Assembly: GCA_003537575.1 (NCBI GenBank)
Contig: DPRS01000016.1
Location: 1,898 to 65,897 of the forward strand
From: Oxalobacteraceae bacterium
GTDB taxonomy: Bacteria; Pseudomonadota; Gammaproteobacteria; Burkholderiales; Burkholderiaceae_D
Reading direction: 5' to 3'
DNA: 64,000 nucleotides
Position 1 is the first letter of the stretch, and each line of letters starts with the position of its first letter. Below the pieces are notes generated by a model, which saw only the letters and a list, made by a program, of their open reading frames with translations, was not told where the DNA came from and did not search any database. Made by a program: the position numbers and the translations under genes. Below are positions 20,837 to 29,357 of this stretch, piece by piece.

Positions 20837-20927
20837 GGACTCGATGAGTGGCCTGTGAGGGCATGCGGATTTTGCCGATGCCTTTGGCAACCAGGCCGGC
20901 GCAAGCGCCGCCGGCCGTGCGCCTGTA

Positions 20928-22265
20928 TTACAGGTAGGACGCCGCCAGGATGGCAACCATATAAACGATGCCGATCCAGATGGCCATGATGACGGTATAG
21001 CCCATCACGTCCTTCAGCTTCAGCTTGGACAGCGCCAGCGCCGGCAAGAGCCAGAACGGCTGCACCAGGTCGTTCCATGCATTACCCAGCATTACCGACA
21101 TCGAGGTGTTGGCGATCGAGCTGCCGAGCTCCTTGGCTGCATCGATCATGAACGGACCTTGCAAGACCCAGTGGCCGCCGCCCGAGGGCGCAAAGAAATT
21201 GATCACGAACGAACTGACCAGGCCCCAGAAGGGCAGCGATTCCGCGGTCGAAAAGTTGGTGAATACCTGCGAAATGGTGGTCACCAGGCCCGAGCCATCC
21301 ATGATCGCCATGATGCCGGCATAGAACGGGAATTGCAGGATGATGCCGCCGATGGTCTTGATGCCTTCGTTGAGCCTCTCGACGTAAGCGATCGGCGTGC
21401 GCAGCACGAGAATGCCGAGGAACAGGATGATGAAGTTGATGATGTTGAGGTCGAGCGTGCCGCCCTTGATGAAATGGCTGACCACGTAGACGAGGCCACA
21501 CACGCCGATCAATGCGCTGATGATGCGGCTGTTGTTCAGCTTGTGCGCGAGCGTGCCGGTTTCGAGCAGGCTGTCGCCTTTCGGGCCGCTCTTGCGTTCC
21601 ACCTGGTCGATGGCAGGATCGACCTCGATTACGGTCTCGCCCTTTTTCGGATGCAGCCATGCGTTGAGCAAGGGCAGCGTGATCAGCACGACCAGCGAGG
21701 TGAGCAGCATGGGCGCCGAGAAAATGGTTTCGCTCAGGGGAACGATGCCCATTTGCGCTTCCATCGGATGGCCCTTGGTCGAGATCAGCACCGGGATGCT
21801 GGCCGACAGACCCAGGCCGTACATGGTGAAGCCGCTATAGGCCGCTGCAATGATGAGCGGGTAATGCACGCCCTTGACGCGCAGCGCCAGTTTCTTGGCA
21901 ATCACGCCGCCGATCACTAGGCCAAAGCCCCAGTTCAGGTAGCTGCCGATGCAGCCTACCAGGGTGGCGACGATGATCGCCGTGGTCGGCCGGTGCACCT
22001 TGTCGACGATCTTGTTCAGGAAGCGGTCGGTGACGGGCGCCGTTGCCAGCACATAACCCGCCGCAAGAATCACCGCCATCTGGGTCGTAAACGCCAGCAG
22101 GCTCCAGAAGCCCTTGCCCCAGAAGTGAACGACGCTTGACGGCGCCTTGCCTTCGACCAGCACGGCCAGCACCATCGTCAGCAAAGTCAGGGCGATGGCG
22201 AATACGAACGGATCAGGCAGGTAGCGCCGCATCAGTTCAGTAAAAAAATTGGCAAGCTTGGTCAT
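20928..22265 (-). CDS. short-chain fatty acid transporter (AtoE family)
   Basis: 445-aa polytopic membrane protein with N-terminus MTKLANFFTELMRRYLPDPFVFAI, typical of AtoE-type proteins. Confidence 0.85.
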   Translation of the reverse strand: MTKLANFFTELMRRYLPDPFVFAIALTLLTMVLAVLVEGKAPSSVVHFWGKGFWSLLAFTTQMAVILAAGYVLATAPVTDRFLNKIVDKVHRPTTAIIVATLVGCIGSYLNWGFGLVIGGVIAKKLALRVKGVHYPLIIAAAYSGFTMYGLGLSASIPVLISTKGHPMEAQMGIVPLSETIFSAPMLLTSLVVLITLPLLNAWLHPKKGETVIEVDPAIDQVERKSGPKGDSLLETGTLAHKLNNSRIISALIGVCGLVYVVSHFIKGGTLDLNIINFIILFLGILVLRTPIAYVERLNEGIKTIGGIILQFPFYAGIMAIMDGSGLVTTISQVFTNFSTAESLPFWGLVSSFVINFFAPSGGGHWVLQGPFMIDAAKELGSSIANTSMSVMLGNAWNDLVQPFWLLPALALSKLKLKDVMGYTVIMAIWIGIVYMVAILAASYL

Positions 22266-22714
22266 GCCTGTCTCTCCTATCCAGATAGCTTGTATAAGTT
22301 GTCAATAGCTCGCGATGCAATAGCAAAGTCCGGCAGAGAATCTTTTTGCCGGGGCACGAGATACCATAATGAGGTGGGTAAGACGTGAAGCAGCGAGGGG
22401 CGGGGCGCCGCTTGGTAAATCGGCCGGAATGGCCGGCATGCCAACTGCGGCTGCACTTCGATGAAGCTCGAGGATGGGGGGCTCTTCGGGATTCAGGCGA
22501 CTGCTGTTGCCAGTGCCAATCGTTGCCGGTTGGCCCGCGTATTCAATGTCATATCCAGTGCGCAAGCTGCGACCGGAACGTCATGTCGACGCAAGAATCG
22601 CCTACCATTGCACCTCGAATTCGTTCGCGTATAGAACTAAAGTTCGATACTCGAACGACCGGATGGTAATCTTAGTGGTTGCCCGGTGTCAAGCATGCAA
22701 ATTTGATAAGCTTT

Positions 22715-23962
22715 TTAATGATTGCTTGCCGCAGCCTCTGCCAGGCTTCTCGCCAATCCTGATGCGCTTGGATTTTCAACGAATACGCAGCGCTTTCCCG
22801 TACGCTTGCAGAAATCCTTGACGCGCCAATAGGCATGATGGCTGATGCAGCCGGTCTGGCAGATCACCAGATCGGCGGCGGCCAGGTTGGCATCGAGCTG
22901 ATTGACGTTATCTTCCAGGCCGCCGTCGTGATGCGAGAAGTGTCCGCCGGTACGTTCAATCAGCTTGCGATAGATGGCGATGCTGCCGCTGCGGCCGCCG
23001 ACACATAACACGGTCTTTTCTTCGAGAACAGGCGGGCTCGTTGTGGCTACCGACATTTCAGATTCCGTTCCAGTGCCTGATTTTGTTCCGGAGGCTTGTG
23101 CAAGCGCCGATTGCGCCAGTTGCATCGCTTGTTCAAGCTGCTGGCGAAGCAGCGCCGATTGGCGCTCCAATGCTTGCTGGCGCCCGGTCATTTCAGCGAT
23201 GCGCCGGGTGAGGCGGTGGCGCGATTCAAGCCCGGGAACCGCGGCGGCCAATTCGCTCAGTTCAGACTGGAGCGAAGCGATGAGCGTGTCCTTGCCGATG
23301 CATTCGGCGCGGGCGCGCATCAGCATTGCATGGAGATTTTCCTGTTCGGCGGATTTTTCAGACAGGGCCCTGGCACTGCGTTGCCGAACCGATTCCAGCT
23401 CCTGGGCAAGTGCGTTCTTTTCCTTTTGCAGCTCCTGGAATTTGCGCAAATCCACGCGTGCGCTGGCGCCTGCCTGATGCTGGAGCATATGCATGTCACG
23501 GCAGATTTCTTCTTCCAGTTCAGGCGTGCAGCGGGGATGCGCCAGCCCTGCCCACAAAGCGCCGGCGACATCGCCATCGCTTACTGCGACCTGCCAGAGC
23601 TTCCTGACATCTGCCGTGGTCTTGGCCGTCTTGAAACGAGCAATGACTTGGGCATAGCGGCGGTCGAGCTCATGCTGCAGCGACTCCGAGAGCCGATTGC
23701 GGGTTGCGCATTCGTTTACCGACAGAATATGCAGCTCATAATCAGGTGCGTATGCCGCCGACAAATACACTTTGCCGATGAGCTTGCGTAAAGCTGCCAA
23801 GGGCAAGCAGACGCCGATGATCGGGCAATGGGTATGCCCATTCAAATCCCAGATGCGCTTGCGGCGCGATCCCCATTTGCTCAGCGGGAGATTCTTCTCT
23901 ATGAAATTCACCAGGGATGGAGATTTCGTGTCTTCCATGCACATATCAATCGCCTTTTTCAA
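22715..23962 (-). CDS. DUF2325-domain protein with central coiled coil
   Basis: The C-terminal block is VLCVGGRSGSIAIYRKLIERTGGHFSHHDGG...LVICQTGCISHHAYW. The function is unknown. Confidence 0.7.
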   Translation of the reverse strand: MKKAIDMCMEDTKSPSLVNFIEKNLPLSKWGSRRKRIWDLNGHTHCPIIGVCLPLAALRKLIGKVYLSAAYAPDYELHILSVNECATRNRLSESLQHELDRRYAQVIARFKTAKTTADVRKLWQVAVSDGDVAGALWAGLAHPRCTPELEEEICRDMHMLQHQAGASARVDLRKFQELQKEKNALAQELESVRQRSARALSEKSAEQENLHAMLMRARAECIGKDTLIASLQSELSELAAAVPGLESRHRLTRRIAEMTGRQQALERQSALLRQQLEQAMQLAQSALAQASGTKSGTGTESEMSVATTSPPVLEEKTVLCVGGRSGSIAIYRKLIERTGGHFSHHDGGLEDNVNQLDANLAAADLVICQTGCISHHAYWRVKDFCKRTGKRCVFVENPSASGLARSLAEAAASNH

Positions 23963-24021
23963 TTAGCTTCCAGCAGAACCAGTTACGATTGGTCCAGGCC
24001 CGGAGGTGACGCGCAAGAACG

Positions 24022-24351
24022 TCAGAGCGGTTGTCTGGCAGAGAACAATTGTGCAAGGAAGCCAGGCTTTTCAGGCGGAGGAGGAAGTGCGCGATCCACC
24101 ACCATGGCCCATTGCTCGGAGAGCTGCAGGCAGGTCGCGCGCAAGACGGGAGCCAGATCGGACCGCTCAGCGAGCACTTGCAAATGCCGTTCAATCACGG
24201 CAGCCAGCTTGACGCATGGCGTCGCGTCAAGGCTCTGGTTGATATATTGCGACATCAGGTGAAGCACGGCCGAAACCAGAAGCTCGGGACGTGCAGGCGT
24301 ATCGGTTGACTTGAAAAATGTTGTATCCATGGTTGCGTAGGCCATTGCCAC
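24022..24351 (-). CDS. hypothetical protein (109 aa)
   Basis: The ORF has plausible composition and lies upstream of, and co-directional with, the DUF2325 gene. No motif was recognised. Confidence 0.5.
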   Translation of the reverse strand: MAMAYATMDTTFFKSTDTPARPELLVSAVLHLMSQYINQSLDATPCVKLAAVIERHLQVLAERSDLAPVLRATCLQLSEQWAMVVDRALPPPPEKPGFLAQLFSARQPL

Positions 24352-24572
24352 TCCTTGTATTGTTGGCTGGGCTGGCTAACGCATCTTTTTTCAGATGGCG
24401 TATTGGCTGGCTGGTTTCTAGAAAATCAAATCCGAATATTGTCGGCTTGATTAAGGGATTTATTGAGAATGATTCTCATTTATATTATTGGATGTTTTGG
24501 TTGAGAGTCAACTACTTTTTGTCTTCATGCTCTGGAAAAGATCCAGGTTGTTTTGTGTTTTTGCAAGGTGGC

Positions 24573-24679
24573 GTAGTCAGCGTGGCAACGGGGTATGGCT
24601 GAGTTCTGATTTTCACTCAGCCGGGTCGAAAAGACTCTGCTGGAACCAGGATTGATCACTTCGCCGCCGCCAGCGGCCA
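24573..24679 (+). pseudogene. internally deleted abiEi/abiEii remnant
   Basis: 24573-24625 matches 31494-31546 (abiEi 3' end plus abiEii 5' end) at 48 of 53 nt. 24626-24679 matches 32324-32378 (abiEii interior). The remnant reading frame hits a stop after 4 codons. Confidence 0.65.
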
Positions 24680-24786
24680 GATTCCTTGGGCTTGCTTTTG
24701 GTAATCTTATGCGGTCGGCATCGAGCCCATGCGCAGTCCGACCTGGCTGTCGCGACGAAGTCAGGCTGATTCGTTTTCGCTTCCAG

Positions 24787-26469
24787 TCAAGGCGGAGAAA
24801 AGTCGCTGCCATTTGCTGCAGCAATACCCGGTAGGAGGGGCCGCGCCTTGTCCGCGCCGGCTCCATCCGGCTGTGCCGCCTGCCTGCCGCCATTGCCAAG
24901 TCGCCCTTGGACAAGGTAATGGCAACTGCGCCAGATATGGCTGCCGATGCGTTCCATCCAGCGGAAGGCGTCCGTCGTCTGCAGCACCTGCGAGGCATTG
25001 TCACCATCGGCGCTTCCCTGCAGCACGTCGTGCCGCATCTGGCGCGACAGGCTGGCCAGCAGGAGCGCGTCGCCTTCCAGCCGTTCCAGCCAGTCCTCGG
25101 GTTGTGAGCCAGCCAGGCCGGCGCGCGCCAGCCGCAGGATCTCTGCAATCTGCTCCATCGCCGTGCGGTATACCGGGTTGGCGAAATCAACCTGGGTCTG
25201 TGCGAAATTGCTTAGCCGCAGGTGCAGGCGCAGCATGTGATCGACGGCGTGCAGTTGCGACACGCGCTGCGCCGACAGGGCGCGATCGCTGGCCTGCAGC
25301 TGGATGCGCGCCACGAATTCGAAACTGCGGTCCAGTGCATGCTTTGCCTGCGCCAGGTCTTGTTGCATGGCGTTGTGATCCGGCGCTGCCAGGATCCCGT
25401 CGAACACATACAGAAGCTTGTGCAGTACATCGTTCAGGGTGCGCTGCGAAGCTTCCAGCGCGACTGCAGGGATGCCCAGCAGGCTGGCGTCGAGATGGCG
25501 CGCCAGATCTTCGCCGCGTTCCGGCAGCAGGCGCTCGACAATGCGCGCCAGATGCGATGTCAGCGGCAGGAACAGGAGCACGCCGGCACCGATGAAGATG
25601 CTGTGAAAGGCTGCCAGGCTCAGCGCGCCCGGTGTCAGTCCCGCATGCTGTTCGAGCAGGCCGATGATCCAGGTCAGCACCGGCAGCATGACGATAGCGA
25701 TCAGGCCGGCGGCAAGATTGAACAGGATATGTGCCAGCGCAGTGCGCTTGGCATAGAGAGTCCCGCCGATGGTCACCAGCGCCCCGGTCAGGGTAGTGCC
25801 GATGGAGGCGCCCACCACCATTGCTGCCGCCTGGTCAAAATTGATGGCCTGTGCGTGCAGGGCGGTCAGGGTGGTGGCAATGGCGGCAGTGGACGACTGC
25901 AGCACGGCGGTCAGAACGACACCCGCCAGCATGATCGCTACGCGCGCGCCGAAGCCCTCCGCCGGCAGGCGCGCCAGGCTGAATTCGTCCGACAGCGCGC
26001 GCATGGCATCCTGCAGCATATTAAGGCCCAGGAACAGCAGGCCGAAGCCGGCCAGCGCCATGCCCAGCTCGGCCCAGCGGCCGCGCGTCAGCAGCTTCAT
26101 GAAGGCGCCGATGCCGACCAGCGGCAAAGTATAGAAACCGAGATTGATCTTGAGCCCGAGCCCGGCCACGATCCAGCCGGTGGCGGTATTGCCCAGGCTG
26201 GCGCCGATCACCACGCCGATGGCCTGGGAAAAGCTGATGAGGCCGGCGCTGACGAAGCCGATCAGCGTGACTGTCGTGGCGGTGGACGATTGCGCCAGCG
26301 CCGTGACCAGGGCGCCGGACAGGAAAGACTTGTAGGGCGTGCCGGTGAAGCGCACCAGCGCCTTGCGCAGCGCGCCGCCGGCAAAACCCACGAGGCCGCT
26401 GGAGAGCAGCATCATGCCCACCAGGAAAAGCCCGATACCGCCGATGAGGGGGAAGAGGATTTCTTTCAT
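24787..26469 (-). CDS. Na/Pi cotransporter family protein with PhoU-like C-terminal domain
   Basis: 560 aa. The N-terminal half is polytopic (LAQSSTATTVTLIGF repeat) and the C-terminal half is helical and soluble. Confidence 0.9.
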   Translation of the reverse strand: MKEILFPLIGGIGLFLVGMMLLSSGLVGFAGGALRKALVRFTGTPYKSFLSGALVTALAQSSTATTVTLIGFVSAGLISFSQAIGVVIGASLGNTATGWIVAGLGLKINLGFYTLPLVGIGAFMKLLTRGRWAELGMALAGFGLLFLGLNMLQDAMRALSDEFSLARLPAEGFGARVAIMLAGVVLTAVLQSSTAAIATTLTALHAQAINFDQAAAMVVGASIGTTLTGALVTIGGTLYAKRTALAHILFNLAAGLIAIVMLPVLTWIIGLLEQHAGLTPGALSLAAFHSIFIGAGVLLFLPLTSHLARIVERLLPERGEDLARHLDASLLGIPAVALEASQRTLNDVLHKLLYVFDGILAAPDHNAMQQDLAQAKHALDRSFEFVARIQLQASDRALSAQRVSQLHAVDHMLRLHLRLSNFAQTQVDFANPVYRTAMEQIAEILRLARAGLAGSQPEDWLERLEGDALLLASLSRQMRHDVLQGSADGDNASQVLQTTDAFRWMERIGSHIWRSCHYLVQGRLGNGGRQAAQPDGAGADKARPLLPGIAAANGSDFSPP

Positions 26470-26597
26470 TGCGCGCCGCTGATTTTGTTTGCTCTCAGCA
26501 ACGTATGGTAAGGCTTATTGGGGGGCGTGGCTATGGTGGTGGCAGTGGGTGTGGCAGGACTGATCCTGGTTGGCGGGTAGGGGCTGGGAATCTCCCG

Positions 26598-26765
26598 GTC
26601 TTCGCGCTTGCAAGCGTGAAGCCGCTCAGGCAGCGGCGAGCAGTGCTCGCCAAATGCTGTGCCATGCGCCTGGTAAGGTGATCGCTGGATGCGCCCCCGG
26701 CCCCCAATCCCGGGCTTGAGCGGCTCATGGCCGTGAAGGCGCCGTGGAGCACTGACGCGGCATGA
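26598..26765 (+). pseudogene. DUF1778 (TacA-like) antitoxin remnant: 5' half missing, in-frame TGA
   Basis: The C-terminal ...SLDAPPAPNPGLERLMAVKAPW matches the LDAPxxxxP..E.L.A.KP.W tail of TacA-type antitoxins. An in-frame TGA lies at 26679-26681, and no RHH-like N-terminus is present upstream. The stop overlaps the toxin start (ATGA). Confidence 0.5.
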
Positions 26766-27256
26766 GCTTGCAGCTGAGCGCGCCACAACCCCTCGCTGCC
26801 ACTCATCTCCTGGATGAATTCGCCTGCGGAGAAGCCAGCCTCGACAATTGGCTCAAGCGACGGGCGCTATCCAATCAATTGAGCGAGGCCAGCCGCACAT
26901 TCGTCGTTACCGATCAGGAGGGACGCGTTTTTGGCTACTACGCGATGGCGGCAGGAGCGGTCTCGCACCAGATGGCGACGAGCGGCGCGCGACGCAACAT
27001 GCCCGACCCCATCCCGGTGATAGTATTGGCACGGCTGGCGATTGACCATCATGCCCAGGGCATCAGGCTTGGCGCCGCCCTGCTTCAGGACGCTGTCAAC
27101 CGGGCTGTGGCCGTGTCACAGAACGCGGGTGTGCGGGCCTTGCTCGTTCATGCGCTCCACGACCGGGCCAAGCAGTTTTACGAGCACTACGGCTTTCAGG
27201 AATCGCCACAGCACCCGATGACGCTGATGCTGCGGCTGAATACCGTCAAGGCTTGA
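26762..27256 (+). CDS. GNAT-family acetyltransferase toxin (TacT/KacT-like)
   Basis: 164 aa with FACGEASLDNWLKRRA, YYAMAAGAV, LARLAIDHHAQG.GLG and FYEHYGF, which is typical of DUF1778-associated GNAT toxins. Confidence 0.85.
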   Translation: MSLQLSAPQPLAATHLLDEFACGEASLDNWLKRRALSNQLSEASRTFVVTDQEGRVFGYYAMAAGAVSHQMATSGARRNMPDPIPVIVLARLAIDHHAQGIRLGAALLQDAVNRAVAVSQNAGVRALLVHALHDRAKQFYEHYGFQESPQHPMTLMLRLNTVKA

Positions 27257-27257
27257 G

Positions 27258-27417
27258 AGGCCACCTCCGCGAGCTCCGGAAGCAGATGGCGTCGCGCATC
27301 CACGCGGGTGAGCAATCCTTGCCGAACCCGACGTGTGAGGGCGATGCTGGGTAGTCCACTCTCACTCAGGTCGCGTGGACGAATAAGACCGCGCTGGGCG
27401 GTGAGATCCAGAATACG
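27258..27417 (-). pseudogene. fragment of an AbiEi-type antitoxin N-terminal domain
   Basis: Reverse translation gives RILDLTAQRGLIRPRDLSESGLPSIALTRRVRQGLLTRV. A TAA lies immediately upstream in frame, there is no start codon, and it runs into the GNAT gene 3' end. Confidence 0.35.
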
Positions 27418-27589
27418 TTAATGCGAATTTTCATGTCGCCATGATGTTGCATTTTGTCGGTGGGTGTCAGTAATTGCCGACATAATGCAAGCAATCACGC
27501 CATGTAACAATCCTGTGTGTACCGACTGGCGCCTCGCTGGCCATGGTAATGCCCGTCCGTTGGCATCCATTGCTCCCGAATGCCTCTGA

Positions 27590-27638
27590 CAATGCATTTA
27601 ATGCATTTGCATTGACCTGGTAATGCAAATGCATTACC
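27590..27638. promoter_or_regulatory. operator-like palindromes upstream of prlF
   Basis: CAATGCA-N11-TGCATTG lies at 27590-27614. GGTAATGCA-AA-TGCATTACC (9-bp arms) lies at 27619-27638, 36 nt before the prlF ATG. Confidence 0.5.
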
Positions 27639-27673
27639 ATTGATGCGTCGTTGCTTTCTAGTCGGAGACCATC

Positions 27674-28003
27674 ATGCCTGTCATCCTCGAAATCGAATCC
27701 ACGCTGACCGACCGCTACCAGACCACGGTGCCGGAAACCGTCCGCCGTGCCCTGCGTCTCGGCAAGCGCGACAAGATCCACTACACCATTCGCCCCGGCG
27801 GCGAGGTGGTGCTGACTCGCGCCGAGGCCTCCCAGGGCGACGATCCGGTACTCGGACAGTTCCTTAGGTTCCTGGCGCGTGACATCGGCAGTCACCCCGA
27901 GCGCCTGCAGGCCATTGATGCCAGCCTCGTTCAGCGTCTGCAGTCCCTGGTGGGCGCTGCCGAAGTCGATCTCGATGCCGCCCTGTCGGCAGAGGATGAA
28001 TGA
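27674..28003 (+). CDS. prlF: PrlF/SohA-family (AbrB-fold) antitoxin
   Basis: N-terminus ESTLTDRYQTTVPETVRRALRL.KRDKI.Y with an acidic tail. Its stop overlaps the downstream toxin start. Confidence 0.85.
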   Translation: MPVILEIESTLTDRYQTTVPETVRRALRLGKRDKIHYTIRPGGEVVLTRAEASQGDDPVLGQFLRFLARDIGSHPERLQAIDASLVQRLQSLVGAAEVDLDAALSAEDE

Positions 28004-28506
28004 GCACGGGCAAACTTGCGCCCCTGGTGATTCATGGCTGGACGGTCTTTGCCCATCCGCTTTTCCTTGCACAGATTGAAGCGCTGACGCAGCAGGTCGA
28101 GGCTCTTCAGCAAAAGGATCCAGTCGGGTACGTGAAGAAAAACGCCAGCAAGCGACTGGCGGCCATCACGAAGCTGGCTTTCGATGTCGTCCCGCAAGAT
28201 CCGGCCCGACCGGAGTACCGCCAGGGCGGCACCCTGGGCGACGATCACAAGCACTGGTTTCGGGCGAAATTCTTCCAGCAGTACAGGCTGTTCTTCCGCT
28301 ACCACGCGCCCAGCAAGGTGATTGTTTTCGCATGGGTCAACGATGAGGATACCAGGCGCGCCTACGAGAGCAGCGACGACGCCTACCGGGTGTTTCGCAA
28401 GATGCTGGAAAGTGGCCATCCTCCGGACGACTGGAGCCAGTTGCTGGCCGAAGCCCTGGCCGAGGAGCAGCGCTTGCAGCAGTTTGCCACTGGCATCGCG
28501 CCGTAA
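28000..28506 (+). CDS. yhaV: YhaV-family ribonuclease toxin
   Basis: HGWTVFAHPLFL..Q...L, FRAKFFQQYRLFFRY and VIVFAWVNDEDTRRAY blocks are characteristic of YhaV. Confidence 0.85.
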   Translation: MSTGKLAPLVIHGWTVFAHPLFLAQIEALTQQVEALQQKDPVGYVKKNASKRLAAITKLAFDVVPQDPARPEYRQGGTLGDDHKHWFRAKFFQQYRLFFRYHAPSKVIVFAWVNDEDTRRAYESSDDAYRVFRKMLESGHPPDDWSQLLAEALAEEQRLQQFATGIAP

Positions 28507-28641
28507 TGCGCGACCTGGGAGGAAAACTTTTCGCGACCTGCGCGGCCGATGTTAACTGAACTGGGTGCCGGGTAAAGATCCTGCTCCGAGCATTCGTCTT
28601 CCGAGATCAGTGTAATGCGAACCCGGATCCGTCAGGCGGAA

Positions 28642-28840
28642 TCATCCCCCTCGGTCAGCCGCCGCGCTGTCAGCGCTGCGCGCTGCTCGATCAGGGTGAC
28701 GACCTGTTCGATCAATGTGGCGCGACCGCGTTGGGGCTGGCCAGCCAGGTAGCGTGATAGCAAAAGTGCAGGCGACCATCCACCAGTGATAATGTGCCGA
28801 CCTTGTCAGCGAACAGCCAGACTTCCAGTTCATGCGCCAT
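28642..28840 (-). pseudogene. collapsed hipA remnant
   Basis: From ATG 28840 the frame reads MAHELEVWLFADKVGTLSLVDGRLHFCYHATWLASPNAVAPH, then a stop. This is a HipA N-terminal signature, but the roughly 400 codons that should follow are absent. Confidence 0.6.
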
Positions 28841-29084
28841 GGCGTGTGGTCTCTGGTGTAGTCAGTGAACCCGGCAGCCCTTCGATGCGTATCCGGCCGC
28901 CCAGGGCATCGATCACACGGAGCACTTGCTCTAGCCGCACCGTGGGTTTTCCTGCTTCCAGGTCGACCACAAAGCGCAACCCCACCCCGGCCGCCAGCGC
29001 CAGATCGGATTGTGTCAGACCCAATTGCTTGCGTGCTGCCCTCAGGGCTGCGCCGAGCGCTTGTGCGGAGTCGATAGAAAGCAT
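28830..29084 (-). CDS. HipB-like XRE-family HTH antitoxin/regulator
   Basis: LGAALRAARKQLGLTQSDLALAAGVGLRFVVDLEAGKPTVRLEQVLRVIDALG. I prefer the Met at 29084 because the operators lie upstream of it. Confidence 0.75.
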   Translation of the reverse strand: MLSIDSAQALGAALRAARKQLGLTQSDLALAAGVGLRFVVDLEAGKPTVRLEQVLRVIDALGGRIRIEGLPGSLTTPETTRHGA

Positions 29085-29099
29085 GGCTAGGTGACTAAT

Positions 29100-29213
29100 T
29101 TTCCCGTTCGGGAAATTGTGTTGCCAGAAGCAGGGCAAATCAAGGGAATTTTCCTGATCGGGAAAATTCAAGGGGGGCGGCAGGTATTTCGATGAATTAT
29201 TCTCGATCGGGAA
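29100..29213. promoter_or_regulatory. three spaced palindromic operators TTTCCyG-N2-CGGGAAA
   Basis: IR1 TTTCCCG-TT-CGGGAAA is at 29100-29115. IR2 GAATTTTCC-TGATCG-GGAAAATTC is at 29146-29169. IR3 TTCTCG-AT-CGGGAA is at 29200-29213. The centres are about 50 bp apart, upstream of the HipB-like gene. Confidence 0.5.
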
Positions 29214-29357
29214 CGCAAGTTGGCTGGTATGCGGCGAATGTCATCCATTATCACCGCAGATTTTGCGGGGAATAACTTGTGCATGCCTGTTGCAAGCGCG
29301 AGCCGATGACAGTCTGTAAGGGCTCTCTGGCCTGTCGGCGCAGATCCAGTGCTTGTG

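Noticed and set aside
22266-22400. Sigma-54 promoter upstream of the AtoE-type transporter (CCGGAC...TTGCA on the minus strand)
   Set aside because: The GG-to-GC spacing is one nucleotide too long, and the -24 element is poor.
25222-26511. 429-aa + strand ORF
   Set aside because: It lies antisense to the Na/Pi cotransporter and is Gln/Arg/Ala-rich with no motif.
27467-28072. 201-aa minus-strand ORF across the prlF region
   Set aside because: It overlaps the well-supported PrlF antitoxin gene and its operator. No family resemblance was seen.
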